Shown here piece after piece: positions 38,495 through 48,735 of a DNA stretch of 64,000 nucleotides (within the stretch, counting starts at the first letter, position 1; each line of letters begins with the position of its first letter). Where the stretch lies: the NCBI GenBank assembly GCA_011525755.1, contig WYBS01000091.1, forward strand, positions 6,922 to 70,921, in the 5' to 3' direction. Under the pieces are notes generated by a model. That model made no database searches, was not told the DNA's origin, and worked only from the letters and a program-made list of their open reading frames with translations. This stretch comes from Planctomycetaceae bacterium (GTDB taxonomy: Bacteria > Planctomycetota > PLA2). Made by a program: the position numbers and the translations under genes.

Positions 38495-41400
38495 TCAGGC
38501 CGGACCGGACCACGCCGCGACGAACATGCGCCGCTCCTCCTCCGTCGGGAGGCGGGCGGCAAGCTGGTGCAGCTCGTCCTTGCGGATCGTCGCGTGCTGC
38601 GACTCGCCGAGCCGAGCGAGCATCCCGCGGAGCCGCAGCGTGAGCCAGACGTGGCCGAGGCGGCGGGCGTCCGCGAGCGCGCGCTCCGCGCGGCCCTTGG
38701 CCCCGTCGAGGTAGCCCGCCCGTGCGCGCCCCTCGGCCTCGAGAACGCCGCCGAGCACGCGAAAGGCCGCGCGCCGGAGGCCCACGTCCTCCCCGCAGAG
38801 CCGCTCGGCCGCGGCGAGCAGCAGGGACGGATCCTTTTCGCGTGCGGCGAGCGCGCGTGCGGCACGTGCGAGCGCGAGGGGCCGGAGGACGACGTGCGCG
38901 TCGTCTGCGCGCGCATCCGCGACCAGCGCCTCCGCCTCCTCCAGCAGCTCCGCCGGCGCGCCGTAGACGCACGCCTCGGCGAGCCACAGCACGGCCTCGG
39001 CGCGCGGCGGGAGCTCCTTCACGGCCCTCGCCGTGGCGAGCGTCTGCCGCGCCGCGCTCGTGGCGCGGGCGAGGTCGCCCGCGAAGCACGCCACGTGGCA
39101 GGCCAACGCGTGGCCCTGGAGGATGTTGATCCTGTCGTCGCGGAGCTGGGCGAGACGCTGCATCTCGGCGAGGGCCTCCAGGGCCACGTCGAGGAACCCC
39201 TCGACCGCGGCGAGGTGCGCGCGCTGGCGGAGGGCGGGGATGAGGCCGCCGAGATACCGCTCCCGTCGCAGCGTCGGCAGGGCGTCGTCGATGGCGGCCT
39301 TCGCGCCCGGGAGGTCGCCGATCGCGTAGCGCGTTTCCGCGAGGAGGACGCGGGCGGCCGACGCATGGTGGAAGGAGCCCTCGCGAAGCAGCACCCGGAC
39401 CACGTCCTCGAGCCGCCCGCAAACCCCGTCGACGGCGCCGCGCTGCAGGGAGGCGAGGGCGCGGTTCCCCTCGGAGAGGGCGGCGTTGCTGCGCCGGCCG
39501 ACCATGGCGGAGATCCGGGCCGCGTCGCCGTAGAGGGCCTCCGCCTCACGCCACCGGCCCCGCCGGAGGGCGACCGATCCGAGCTGGTCGAGCGCCGAGG
39601 AGTGGTGCCCGAGATCGCCCGAGGCGACGTAGGCGTCGTCGGCGAGCCGGAACCGCCGCTCCGCCTCGTCGAGGTCGCCGCGGTACTTGGAGACCTGGCC
39701 GAGCAGGTACCAGGCCCGGCCCTGGTAGCTGCAGGGGGGGAGGGTCCGCACGGCCTGCCGGAGCGCTTCCTCGTCGAGGCCCACGAGCCCCTGCGACTGG
39801 TAGCGGGTGGTGGCGCGGAGGATCATCACCTTGAGGTCCAGGTGGGTGTCGTTCGCGAGCTTCGCGCCCTCGCTCAGCCGGGCGTACACCGCCTCGATCT
39901 CCTCGAGCCGTCCGACCTGCCCCAGGGCGACGCAGAGCCCGAGGAGCAGCTCGGAGTGGCGGACGGCGGTCTCCGGGTCGAGGCGTTCCGGGCCGAGGCC
40001 GGCGCGACGTGCGAGATCCAGCGCGCGGAGGGACTCCTGCCGCGCCAGGGCCTCCTGGGCCGCCCGCATGAGGTGCGGCCCCGCCTTCGCGGGCTCCCCC
40101 GCGCGCTCCCAGTGGATGCCGAGACGGGCCGCCGCGCCCGCCGTCCCGTCGGCGCGCGTTTCCAGGTGCTCGGCGAGGCAGCGATGGAGCGTCCGGCGCA
40201 GGTCCGGCACCAGATCCTCGTAGATCCCCTCCTGGACGGCCGCGTTCGCGAAGCGGAATCCCTTGGCCCGCGGCACGACGAGCCCCGTCGCCCGGTAGAT
40301 CCGCTGCGCGCCCCGGAGCACGTCGAGCACCGGCCGGCCCCAGGCGGCCGCGACGGCTTCGGCATCGAACTCGACGCCGTCGACCGCCGCGGTATCGAGG
40401 ATCGCCCGCTCGTCGTCCCCGAGCTCCCTCGCTCGAAGCAGCACGAGGTCGCGCACGCGGCTCGGGAGGGTGACGTCATGGAAGGCCGGGCCGGGGACCA
40501 GCATGCCCCTGTCGTTCGAGAGCGCTCCCGCCTCCTGGAGGTGGCGGAAGACCTCGATCGTCAGGAGGGGATTGCCCTCGGCGACGTCGAGTACGCGGCG
40601 CAGGACCTCCGGAGCCACGCGGGACCCGTGGGCACGTTCCTGGAGGAGCCGCGACACGGCGTCGGGGTCGAGAGGCCCCAGCTCGAGGATGGCCGCGCCG
40701 TCCTGCGCGAATCCGGAGAACGCGTCCGCCGCACGGTCCGGGCGCAGCGTGATCAGGAGGAGGACGCGCGCATCCCTGAGGCGACGCGCGATCTCCTGCA
40801 GCAGTCGCAGATCCGCCTCGTCAGCCTGGTGGGCGTCCTCGACGAGGATCCCCAGCGGGCGATCCTCCGCGAGGCCCGCGAGCAGGTCCTCCACGCCCCA
40901 GAACACCTGCTGGCGGCTGTCGATCCGCACCGGGCTCTCCTCCTCGAGCAGCGCCCGCAACAGGTTCGTCGCGGTCCCGAAGAGCCTCGACTCGACGAGG
41001 CCTTCCCCCTCTCGGCCCTGCGACGCACCGAGGAGGTCGCGCGCACTGGTCAGCAGCGGCCGGAGCAGCCCCTCGATCGGACTCGATCGCGCCTGGATCC
41101 ACCGGTAGCCGTGACGTCCGGAGCGAGCCATGAGGTCATGGGCGAGCGCGCTCTTGCCCAGCCCCGCCTCCCCCCGCAGGAGGACGGTCGTGCCGTGGGC
41201 CTCGGCCGCCCGCTGCGCCGCCTTGTCCAGCGCGTCCTGCTCGGCGCGGCGGCCGTGGAGCCGGGACGCCGGCGCCACCCTCGGCACGGCGGCCCGGGGC
41301 GCCGCCTCGGCGACCGTCGTCGCCGGATCGAGATCGGAGAGCGCCTCCGCGCACGACGCCGGCCGCTCCTCGGGCGCCTTCGACAGGCAGCGCATCGCGA

Positions 41401-42136
41401 GGTCGGCGAGGGGGCGCGGGAGGTCCGGGTCGAGCGGCGGGGGGTCGCCGTTCTGGATCGCGTAGAAGAGCGTGGCAAGCGTCTTCGCGAAGAACGGCAG
41501 CCGGCCCGAGAGGATCCGGTACAGCACGGCGCCGACGCTCCAGAGGTCGCTCGCGCGGGTCGGCTGCTCGCCCATGACGATCTCGGGGGCCATGTAGACC
41601 GGCGTGCCCACGACCGCCGCGAGCGGGACGCGGAGCGAGAGGTCGCCGGTGAGCCGCGAGAGCCCGAAATCGACGAGCTTCACCGTGCCGTCCCTCGCGA
41701 AGAGGACGTTGCCGGGCTTCACGTCGCCATGCACGACCCCCTGACCGTGCGCCTCCTTGAGACCGAGAAGGATCCCGCGGACGATGCGCCGCGCCTCGTC
41801 GAAGGGGATCCGCGGGGTCGAGTGGATCCGATCCTCGAGCGATCCGCCCTCGACGTACTCGAGCTCGAAGGCCCAGCCCCGCTCCGGCAGCGGATGCACG
41901 CGGTAGAGCGTGGCGACGTGCGATCCCTTCAGCTTGCCGACGAGCCGCGCCTCGCGGAGAAGCGCATCCTTCTCCTCCTCGACCGGCCCGCTCCCGGGCA
42001 GCTCGACGACCTTCAGGGCGACGTGCCGGCCAAGGAGCAGATCGCGGGCGAGATAGACCTGGCCGAATGCGCCGCTCCCGAGCGCACGGACGATCTCGAG
42101 GTCACCGAAGCGGGATCCGGATCGCCACGCCTCCAC
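38495..42136 (-). CDS. Ser/Thr protein kinase fused to AAA+ ATPase and TPR/regulatory C-terminal region
   Basis: Kinase motifs 'LGSGAFGQVYLA', 'VALK', 'HGDVKPGNVL', 'DFGLS', 'APE'. P-loop 'GEAGLGKS'. 1213 aa. Confidence 0.85.
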   Translation of the reverse strand: MEAWRSGSRFGDLEIVRALGSGAFGQVYLARDLLLGRHVALKVVELPGSGPVEEEKDALLREARLVGKLKGSHVATLYRVHPLPERGWAFELEYVEGGSLEDRIHSTPRIPFDEARRIVRGILLGLKEAHGQGVVHGDVKPGNVLFARDGTVKLVDFGLSRLTGDLSLRVPLAAVVGTPVYMAPEIVMGEQPTRASDLWSVGAVLYRILSGRLPFFAKTLATLFYAIQNGDPPPLDPDLPRPLADLAMRCLSKAPEERPASCAEALSDLDPATTVAEAAPRAAVPRVAPASRLHGRRAEQDALDKAAQRAAEAHGTTVLLRGEAGLGKSALAHDLMARSGRHGYRWIQARSSPIEGLLRPLLTSARDLLGASQGREGEGLVESRLFGTATNLLRALLEEESPVRIDSRQQVFWGVEDLLAGLAEDRPLGILVEDAHQADEADLRLLQEIARRLRDARVLLLITLRPDRAADAFSGFAQDGAAILELGPLDPDAVSRLLQERAHGSRVAPEVLRRVLDVAEGNPLLTIEVFRHLQEAGALSNDRGMLVPGPAFHDVTLPSRVRDLVLLRARELGDDERAILDTAAVDGVEFDAEAVAAAWGRPVLDVLRGAQRIYRATGLVVPRAKGFRFANAAVQEGIYEDLVPDLRRTLHRCLAEHLETRADGTAGAAARLGIHWERAGEPAKAGPHLMRAAQEALARQESLRALDLARRAGLGPERLDPETAVRHSELLLGLCVALGQVGRLEEIEAVYARLSEGAKLANDTHLDLKVMILRATTRYQSQGLVGLDEEALRQAVRTLPPCSYQGRAWYLLGQVSKYRGDLDEAERRFRLADDAYVASGDLGHHSSALDQLGSVALRRGRWREAEALYGDAARISAMVGRRSNAALSEGNRALASLQRGAVDGVCGRLEDVVRVLLREGSFHHASAARVLLAETRYAIGDLPGAKAAIDDALPTLRRERYLGGLIPALRQRAHLAAVEGFLDVALEALAEMQRLAQLRDDRINILQGHALACHVACFAGDLARATSAARQTLATARAVKELPPRAEAVLWLAEACVYGAPAELLEEAEALVADARADDAHVVLRPLALARAARALAAREKDPSLLLAAAERLCGEDVGLRRAAFRVLGGVLEAEGRARAGYLDGAKGRAERALADARRLGHVWLTLRLRGMLARLGESQHATIRKDELHQLAARLPTEEERRMFVAAWSGPA

Positions 42137-42253
42137 GGGACCATTAGACCCTCGCGGGCGTGAAGAGGGGAGGGGGTCCTCGGTGGACGACCCCTTCGCG
42201 GAGGCTTCGGCGGGCGGGCCCGCCCCCCGGAGCCGGACCGGGGAGCGGCGCGC

Positions 42254-44371
42254 TCAGCGCTTCTCGCGACGGGCCTTCGCTTCCTTGAGGATCTCCTCGG
42301 CCATGGCCTGGGGCACGGGGGCGTACATCGCGGGTTCCATCGTGTACGTGCCGCGGCCCGAGGTCAGCGACCGGAGCAGCGTGGCATACTGGAACATCTC
42401 CGCGAGCGGGACCTTGCCCTGGACCTGCGAGAAGTCGCCCTTCCCCTCGGTGATCGACTCGATCTCCGCGCGGCGCGCGTTGAGCGAGCCGATGACGTCG
42501 CCGAGGTTCGCGGACGGCGTCTGCGCGGTCACGCGCATGATCGGCTCGAGGAGCGTGACGCCGACCTTCTCGATCGCCGCCTGGAAGGCGAGGCGGCCCG
42601 CCTGCTGGAAGGCGATGTCGCTCGAGTCCACGGCGTGCGCCTTGCCGTCGTAGAGCTCGGCCTTGACCTGGACGAAGGGGAAACCGGCCTCGCCGCCGCG
42701 GGCCATGGCCGCCTCGATGCCCTTCCGGACCGGCGCGATGAACTCGCGCGGCACCGAGCCGCCCTTGACGCCGTCGATGAACTCGAGGTCGTCGGTCTCC
42801 GCGAGGTCGAACTTCACGTTGCAGACGCCGTACTGGCCGCTGCCGCCCGTCTGCTTGATATGGCGGCCCTCGGCGTCGCACGGACGGCGGAGACGCTGCC
42901 GGTAGGCGACGCGCGGCGCGCCGACCTCCACCTCGACCTTGAACTCGCCGAGGAGGCGGCTGCAGATGATCTCGAGGTGCAGCTCGCCCATGCCGGCGAT
43001 GATCGTCTCGCTCGTCTCCTCGTCCACGAAGTGGCGGAAGGTCGGGTCCTCCCGGCCGAGCGCCGCCAGGGCGTCGCCCATGCGGTCCCGCTCGGCGCGC
43101 TTCTTCGGCGCGATGGCCATCGAGATGACCGCGCGCGGGAACTGCATCGCCTCGAGGAGGATCTTGCCGTCGCGCGGGCAGAGCGTGTCGCCCGTCACGG
43201 TCTCCTTGAGCCCGATCGCCGCGACGATCTGCCCCGCGACGGCATGGTCCACGGGGAGGCGCTCGTCCGCCTTCATCACGCAGAGCCGTCCGACGCGCTC
43301 CTGGACGCTCCGGCGGGTGTTCCACACGCTGTCGCCCTGGCGCAACGTGCCCGAGTAGATGCGGAGGAACGTGAGGTCGCCGGTGCGGTCGTGGATGGTC
43401 TTGAAGGCGAGGGCCGCGAGCGGGCCCTTCGCGTCGCACGACCGCTCGATCGCCGTTCCCGCATCGTCCGTCCCCTTCATGGGGGGGACGTCGAGAGGCG
43501 ACGGGAGCAGGGCGACGAGCCCGTCCAGCAGCCGGTGGATGCCCTTGTTGCGGAGCGCCGCCCCGCAGAACACGGGATAGAGGTCGTTGGCGATCACGGC
43601 CTTCCTGAGCACGGCCACGACGTCGGCGGTCGGGATCTCCTCGCCGGCGGCATAGCGCTCGAGAAGGCTCTCGTCGCGCTCCGCGGCGGCCTCCACGAAC
43701 GCGCGCCGTCCTGCCTCGACCGCCTCGCGCATGTCCTCGGGGATCGGGATCTCCTCGCGCTCCTCGAGCGACGTGTATCGCCACGCCTTCATGCGCACGA
43801 GGTCGACGATGCCCTCGAACGAGTTGCCGAACCCGATCGGGAGCTGGACCGGCACCGCGTTGGCGCCGAGCTTCGTCCGGATCGACTCGACCGCCTTCAG
43901 GAAGTCGGCGCCCGGCTTGTCCATCTTGTTGATGAAGCAGATGCGGGGGACCTCGTACCGGTCGGCCTGGCGCCAGACGGTCTCGGACTGCGGCTCGACG
44001 CCCTCGCTCGCGTCGAAGACGCAGATCGCGCCGTCGAGGACGCGGAGGCTGCGCTCGACCTCGGCCGTGAAGTCGACGTGGCCGGGCGTGTCGATGAGCG
44101 TGATCGTGTGGTCGTTCCACATCACGTTGACCGCCGCGGAGGTGATCGTGATGCCACGGGCGCGCTCCTCGGCCATGTAGTCCATCGTGGCTTGGCCGTC
44201 GTGCACCTCGCCCATCTTGTGGATCTGGCCGGTGAGCTTCAGGATGCGCTCCGTCACCGTCGTCTTGCCCGCATCGATGTGGGCCATGATGCCCACGTTG
44301 CGGTGGTAGAGGAGCGGGTTCGCACCCTTGGGGCGTTCCATCTTCGTCGTCTCGGTCACGGCAGAGGTCAT
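42254..44371 (-). CDS. elongation factor G paralog
   Basis: 'AHIDAGKTT', 'DTPGHVDF', full EF-G domain set. The true start may be the internal Met at 44341. Confidence 0.9.
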   Translation of the reverse strand: MTSAVTETTKMERPKGANPLLYHRNVGIMAHIDAGKTTVTERILKLTGQIHKMGEVHDGQATMDYMAEERARGITITSAAVNVMWNDHTITLIDTPGHVDFTAEVERSLRVLDGAICVFDASEGVEPQSETVWRQADRYEVPRICFINKMDKPGADFLKAVESIRTKLGANAVPVQLPIGFGNSFEGIVDLVRMKAWRYTSLEEREEIPIPEDMREAVEAGRRAFVEAAAERDESLLERYAAGEEIPTADVVAVLRKAVIANDLYPVFCGAALRNKGIHRLLDGLVALLPSPLDVPPMKGTDDAGTAIERSCDAKGPLAALAFKTIHDRTGDLTFLRIYSGTLRQGDSVWNTRRSVQERVGRLCVMKADERLPVDHAVAGQIVAAIGLKETVTGDTLCPRDGKILLEAMQFPRAVISMAIAPKKRAERDRMGDALAALGREDPTFRHFVDEETSETIIAGMGELHLEIICSRLLGEFKVEVEVGAPRVAYRQRLRRPCDAEGRHIKQTGGSGQYGVCNVKFDLAETDDLEFIDGVKGGSVPREFIAPVRKGIEAAMARGGEAGFPFVQVKAELYDGKAHAVDSSDIAFQQAGRLAFQAAIEKVGVTLLEPIMRVTAQTPSANLGDVIGSLNARRAEIESITEGKGDFSQVQGKVPLAEMFQYATLLRSLTSGRGTYTMEPAMYAPVPQAMAEEILKEAKARREKR

Positions 44372-44594
44372 ACGTGGATTGGGGAAGGAAGGGAAGAAAA
44401 CCTCCGGCAGGGGCCCGGAGGGAAACGGGGCATTCCAACACGAGATTTCGGTTTGTCCAGCGGGGAACCGCAGCGGGCGGCTTCCCGGGACGCGCCAAGA
44501 AGACGTGGAACCGCTTGGCCGCGCCGTCCGGAACCCGCCGGACCCCGCATGGGAGGCCCGATCCTGTCGCTCTTGCCTGCCACCCTAGCCGGGC

Positions 44595-46259
44595 ATGGCT
44601 TGGCACGGTCCCGATCCCGAGACGCGGCTCGAGCACGCGATCGACCGGTTCCACGAAGGCGACGTGACGGCCGCCGAGCAGGCGCTCCGGGCGCTGGCGG
44701 CGGTCGGGTATCGCTGCGCCGAGGTCGTGATCTACCTCGCGCACTGCGCGCTCGCCGGGGAACGGCTCGCGGAGGCGATGCGCCTCTACCGGGAGGCGAG
44801 AAGGATCGAGCCCGCGCGCCCCGACCCGAGCCTCGGGCTCGCGATCGTGGCCGCGCGGCGCCTGCACTTCGCGCGCGCGATCCGCCTCCTCGAGCGCGCG
44901 ATCCGGCTCGATCCGGAGCTGCAGGAGGCCTACGACAACCTGATCCTCTGCCATGCGGCGCTCGGCGCCCACGAGGACGCGGAGCGCGCCTACCGCCGTT
45001 CCGTCGAGATCGATCCCGACTCCCCGCACCCCTACTACAATCTGGGCTTCGTGCACTTCGACCGCGGGGACGCGGAGCGGGCACGCGGCTGCTGGATGAA
45101 GGCGATCGAGCTCGCGCCCAACTACCCCGACGCCGAACGCCTCGTGGCGAGCTGCGACCGGACGCTCGGGAACCTCCCCGCGGCCCGGCGGCGCCTCGAG
45201 GCGCTCCTGAAGCGCGAGCCCAGGAACGTGGATGCCCTCTCGGACCTCGGGCTCGTGCACGAGGAGCGCGACGAGTGGCAGTCCGCGGTGTTCGCCTACA
45301 CGCGCCTGCTCGAGGTCGACCCGACCCACGCGCGCGTGCGGTCCCGGCTCGGCGTCCTCCTCTCCCGGCACGGCAGCGGCGAGGAGGGTCTCTTCCACCT
45401 CCGGCGCGCCGCGCACGAGGACGGGACGGATCCCGATATCGGGGAGCCGCTCGCGATCGCGCTCGTCGAGCGGGGCGATGCCGACGGTGCGCTGCGCGCC
45501 CTGCGCGGGCCCGTGCGCGCGCGTGCAGGCGAAGCGGCGCCCCGGCTCGCCCGCGCCCGCGTGCTCGAGCTGCTCGGGCGGCACGGGCGGGCGGCGGCGG
45601 AGTACGCGCGCGCGTGCCGCCTCGAGGGAAAGGTCGTCGGTCACCGGTGCGCGCTCGCGAAGGCGCTCTTCCGCGCCGGGGCGGCGACCCGTGCCGTCGG
45701 CGTGCTCGAAGCGTCGCTCGCGATCGCGGAGGAGCCCGCGCCCTACCGGCTGCTCGCCCACGTGGCGCTCGGCCGGGGAGACCCGCGGGAGGCGTCCCGC
45801 CACCTCGCGCGGGGGCTTCGTCGCTTCCCCGACGATCCGGAGCTGCTCGTTCGCGAGGCGGAGTGCCGCCTCAGGCTTGGCGACGCTGCGCGCGCGATCG
45901 CGGTGGCGAGACGGGCGCGGCGGCATGAGCAGGTGCGTGCGGACTGCCTCGACGTCCTCGCCCGCGCCCACCTCGCCCTCGGCGAGCAGCGTCAGGCGAT
46001 GGAGATCGCGAACTCGCTCCTCTCCCGCTTCCCGGACGACCCCCGCGGCCTCCGCCTGCGCGGCTGCGCGAGCCTCGCGCAAGGCAACGCGAAGGCGGCG
46101 GCGCGCGACCTCGAGCGCTACGTGCGCGAGAGGCCGGGGGATCCCGCCGGCTACGGCGACCTCGCCATGGCGCTCGCCGCTCTCGGCGAGCGGGAGAAGG
46201 CGGCGGCGCAGGAGAGGATCGGCGCCTTCGTGGCCCAGGGGGCGGGGAGGGGGGCATGA
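44595..46259 (+). CDS. TPR repeat protein
   Basis: Repeated TPR-like 34-aa units. ATGA overlap with the next gene. Confidence 0.7.
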   Translation: MAWHGPDPETRLEHAIDRFHEGDVTAAEQALRALAAVGYRCAEVVIYLAHCALAGERLAEAMRLYREARRIEPARPDPSLGLAIVAARRLHFARAIRLLERAIRLDPELQEAYDNLILCHAALGAHEDAERAYRRSVEIDPDSPHPYYNLGFVHFDRGDAERARGCWMKAIELAPNYPDAERLVASCDRTLGNLPAARRRLEALLKREPRNVDALSDLGLVHEERDEWQSAVFAYTRLLEVDPTHARVRSRLGVLLSRHGSGEEGLFHLRRAAHEDGTDPDIGEPLAIALVERGDADGALRALRGPVRARAGEAAPRLARARVLELLGRHGRAAAEYARACRLEGKVVGHRCALAKALFRAGAATRAVGVLEASLAIAEEPAPYRLLAHVALGRGDPREASRHLARGLRRFPDDPELLVREAECRLRLGDAARAIAVARRARRHEQVRADCLDVLARAHLALGEQRQAMEIANSLLSRFPDDPRGLRLRGCASLAQGNAKAAARDLERYVRERPGDPAGYGDLAMALAALGEREKAAAQERIGAFVAQGAGRGA

Positions 46260-46915
46260 GCGCCGGCGAGCAGGTCTACGTCGTGCCGCGCGCGGAGCTC
46301 TTCCCCGACGGCGCGCCCCACGGCTTCTTCCGCGGGGGGCCGGAACTCTTCGCGCGCATCTACGCGCGCGGCTTCTTCGCAGGGCGGGACCGTGTCGAGG
46401 AGGACCCGTCGCTCAAGCAGGTGATCCCGTATGCGCTCGTCGCTCGCGACGACGCGATCTTCCTGTGCCGCCGGAGCCACAAGGGGGGCGAGCGCCGGCT
46501 CCACGGCCTGCTGTCGGTGGGCGTGGGGGGGCACGTCAACCCCGAGGACCGTGCCGATGTCATCGGGGACGCGCTCCGGCGGGAGCTCCAGGAGGAGCTC
46601 GTGCTCCCCGCGCGCTACGACGCGCGCATCGTGGGGCTCGTCAACAACGACACGACGCCCGTCGGGTCGGTGCACATCGGCGTCGTCGCCGTCGTCGATC
46701 CGGGTCCCCATCCCGTGAAGGTTCGCGAGGAGGATACGATGTCCGGCGGCTTCGTGAGCAGGGCCGACCTCCTCGCGCTGCACGCGCGTTCGCGCGAGAG
46801 CTTCGAGGGCTGGTCGGCCCTGCTCATCGACCGGCTCGACGAGGTGCTCGAATGGGGAAGACAGCCCGGCTCATCTACGCCGATTCCGAGAGCAACGCCG
46901 ACCTCTACTACCTGA
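46256..46915 (+). CDS. NUDIX-fold hydrolase family protein
   Basis: Nudix-box-like 'GGHVNPEDRADVIGDALRRELQEELVL'. 3' end overlaps the next gene by about 60 nt. Confidence 0.6.
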   Translation: MSAGEQVYVVPRAELFPDGAPHGFFRGGPELFARIYARGFFAGRDRVEEDPSLKQVIPYALVARDDAIFLCRRSHKGGERRLHGLLSVGVGGHVNPEDRADVIGDALRRELQEELVLPARYDARIVGLVNNDTTPVGSVHIGVVAVVDPGPHPVKVREEDTMSGGFVSRADLLALHARSRESFEGWSALLIDRLDEVLEWGRQPGSSTPIPRATPTSTT

Positions 46916-47991
46916 CGCGGTTCCTCGCCGGCGATCCGTTCCTCTACGCGGAGGAGGGCGGGAAGAAGACGCTCCTCCTCTCCGACCTGGAGATCGACCG
47001 TGGGCGCCGGGAGGCCTCGGTGGACGAGGTCGTGCGGCTCCAGAAGATCACCGAGGAGGTGAGGAAGCGCTTCCCCGTGGCGCCGCGCGACCCCGCGGTG
47101 CGGATCGGCGCGCACATCCACGTGTTCGCACAGGAGCGGGGCATCGCCTCGTTCGAGGTCCCGGGGAGCTTCCCGGTCGCGGTCGCGGACGTCCTGCGGG
47201 GCCACGGCCTCGGCGTCCACTGGCTGCCGCCGCCGTTCGTGCCGAAGCGGGCGACGAAGACCGCCGCGGAGGTGAAGCACATCCGGCGCGCGATCGCCCA
47301 CACCGAGGCTGCGATGACCGCCGCGATCGAGCGGATCCGCCGGGCGACGATCCGCGGGAGCCGTCTCTACGAGGGGAGCACGCCCCTCACGAGCGAGGAG
47401 GTGCGAAAGACCGTCGAGCGGGTCCTCCACGAGCGCGGTTGCTACCCCTACCAGGCGATCATCGCGGGCGGCGACCAGGGCGTGGACCCTCACGAGCGCG
47501 GCCACGGTCCGCTCCCCGCGAACCTGCCGATCATCCTCGACATCTTCCCGCGCGACAACGCGACCCGGTACCACGGCGACATGACGCGCACGGTCGTGCG
47601 CGGCCGGGCGAGCAAGACGGCGAAGCGGATGTTTCACGCGGTACGCGAGGCCAAGGCGCGGGCGGAGGACATGCTCCGGGACGGCGTCGACGGCAAGGAT
47701 GTCCACGAGGCGGTCCGGAAGACCTTCGAGAAGGCGAAGTTCAAGACCGGCGAGCGCGGGGGGCGCATGGTCGGGTTCTTCCACGGCACCGGCCACGGCC
47801 TCGGGCTTGCGGTCCACGAGTACCCGGGCCTCGGGCAGGTCTCCGACACGATGCGCGCGGGCCACGTCGTGACGGTGGAGCCGGGCCTCTACTATCCGGG
47901 CGCCGGGGGGGTGCGGCTCGAGGACGATGTGCTTGTCACGATGAGGGGCTCCGAGAACCTCTGCACGCTGCCGGACGAGTTCGAGATCTGA
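46852..47991 (+). CDS. M24 family Xaa-Pro aminopeptidase/creatinase-like peptidase
   Basis: 'HGTGHGLGLAVHE...VEPGLY...GGVRLEDDVLVT' are M24 metal-binding motifs. Confidence 0.85.
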   Translation: MGKTARLIYADSESNADLYYLTRFLAGDPFLYAEEGGKKTLLLSDLEIDRGRREASVDEVVRLQKITEEVRKRFPVAPRDPAVRIGAHIHVFAQERGIASFEVPGSFPVAVADVLRGHGLGVHWLPPPFVPKRATKTAAEVKHIRRAIAHTEAAMTAAIERIRRATIRGSRLYEGSTPLTSEEVRKTVERVLHERGCYPYQAIIAGGDQGVDPHERGHGPLPANLPIILDIFPRDNATRYHGDMTRTVVRGRASKTAKRMFHAVREAKARAEDMLRDGVDGKDVHEAVRKTFEKAKFKTGERGGRMVGFFHGTGHGLGLAVHEYPGLGQVSDTMRAGHVVTVEPGLYYPGAGGVRLEDDVLVTMRGSENLCTLPDEFEI

Positions 47992-48168
47992 CGGGGTGCC
48001 CCGGGGGAGGCTCCGGGATCCGCCTCCGCAGGCGCTCCGGCGAAGGAGACGGGGGACAAGTCGGGGGCTGGGCGGTTAGGCTTTCGCCGTGCGACTCCCT
48101 CCCGCCGAGCCCCCTCGGTGTCCGGGCATGCCGCCCTCGCGGGTCCTTCCGGAGGCCCCTCGCTGACC

Positions 48169-48723
48169 ATGGACCAGAAGGCGGCACGGGATCTCCTAGG
48201 CGTCGCGCACGACGCGGGCGCGGTCGAGGTGCTCGCGGCGTACGGTCGCCGGAGCCGGAGGCTCAAGCAGGATGTCATGGAGGCGGGAAGCCTCGAGGCG
48301 CGGGACCGCGCCCGCCGCGCGCTCAGGAACCTCGTAACGGTCCGCGACCTTGCGCTTGGCCCGCACGACGCGGAGAGGTTCCGGCAGCGGCGCGCCGCGG
48401 AGCGCGCCGTGCTCGTGGACGACTGGTGGCGGCCGGAGGACGGCGTGCCGATGGCCGTCCCCGACCGCGCGGGCGCGCTGCGCTGGCTCGGCTTCGCCGG
48501 CAACCCCGCGGGCCCGACGATCCGGCGCGTGCTCGACGCGCGCGCGAGGGGGATCAAGCTTCGGATCGCCCGCGCGACGACGGACTACGACCTCCGCCAG
48601 TGGCAGCAGACGCTCACGGACCTCCGGCGCATCGCCGCGGCGGCGCTCGGCGCCGAGTCCGGGATCCCGTACATCCCGGTGGACTTCGAGGACACGATGA
48701 CCGACACGCCGCCGAAGGCGTGA
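48169..48723 (+). CDS. hypothetical protein with J-domain-like N-terminus
   Basis: 'ARDLLGVAHDAGAVEVLAAYGRRSRRLKQD' resembles a degenerate DnaJ domain. Confidence 0.45.
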   Translation: MDQKAARDLLGVAHDAGAVEVLAAYGRRSRRLKQDVMEAGSLEARDRARRALRNLVTVRDLALGPHDAERFRQRRAAERAVLVDDWWRPEDGVPMAVPDRAGALRWLGFAGNPAGPTIRRVLDARARGIKLRIARATTDYDLRQWQQTLTDLRRIAAAALGAESGIPYIPVDFEDTMTDTPPKA

Positions 48724-48735
48724 CCGGCGCGCCCC

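Noticed and set aside
38441-42163. 1240-aa ORF on the plus strand
   Set aside because: It is antisense to the Ser/Thr kinase, whose catalytic motifs are all on the minus strand.
42144-46082. 1312-aa ORF on the minus strand
   Set aside because: It is antisense to the EF-G paralog and the TPR gene, which carry unambiguous motifs (AHIDAGKTT and TPR units). Its translation is Arg/Pro/Gly-rich low complexity, typical of shadow ORFs in high-GC DNA.
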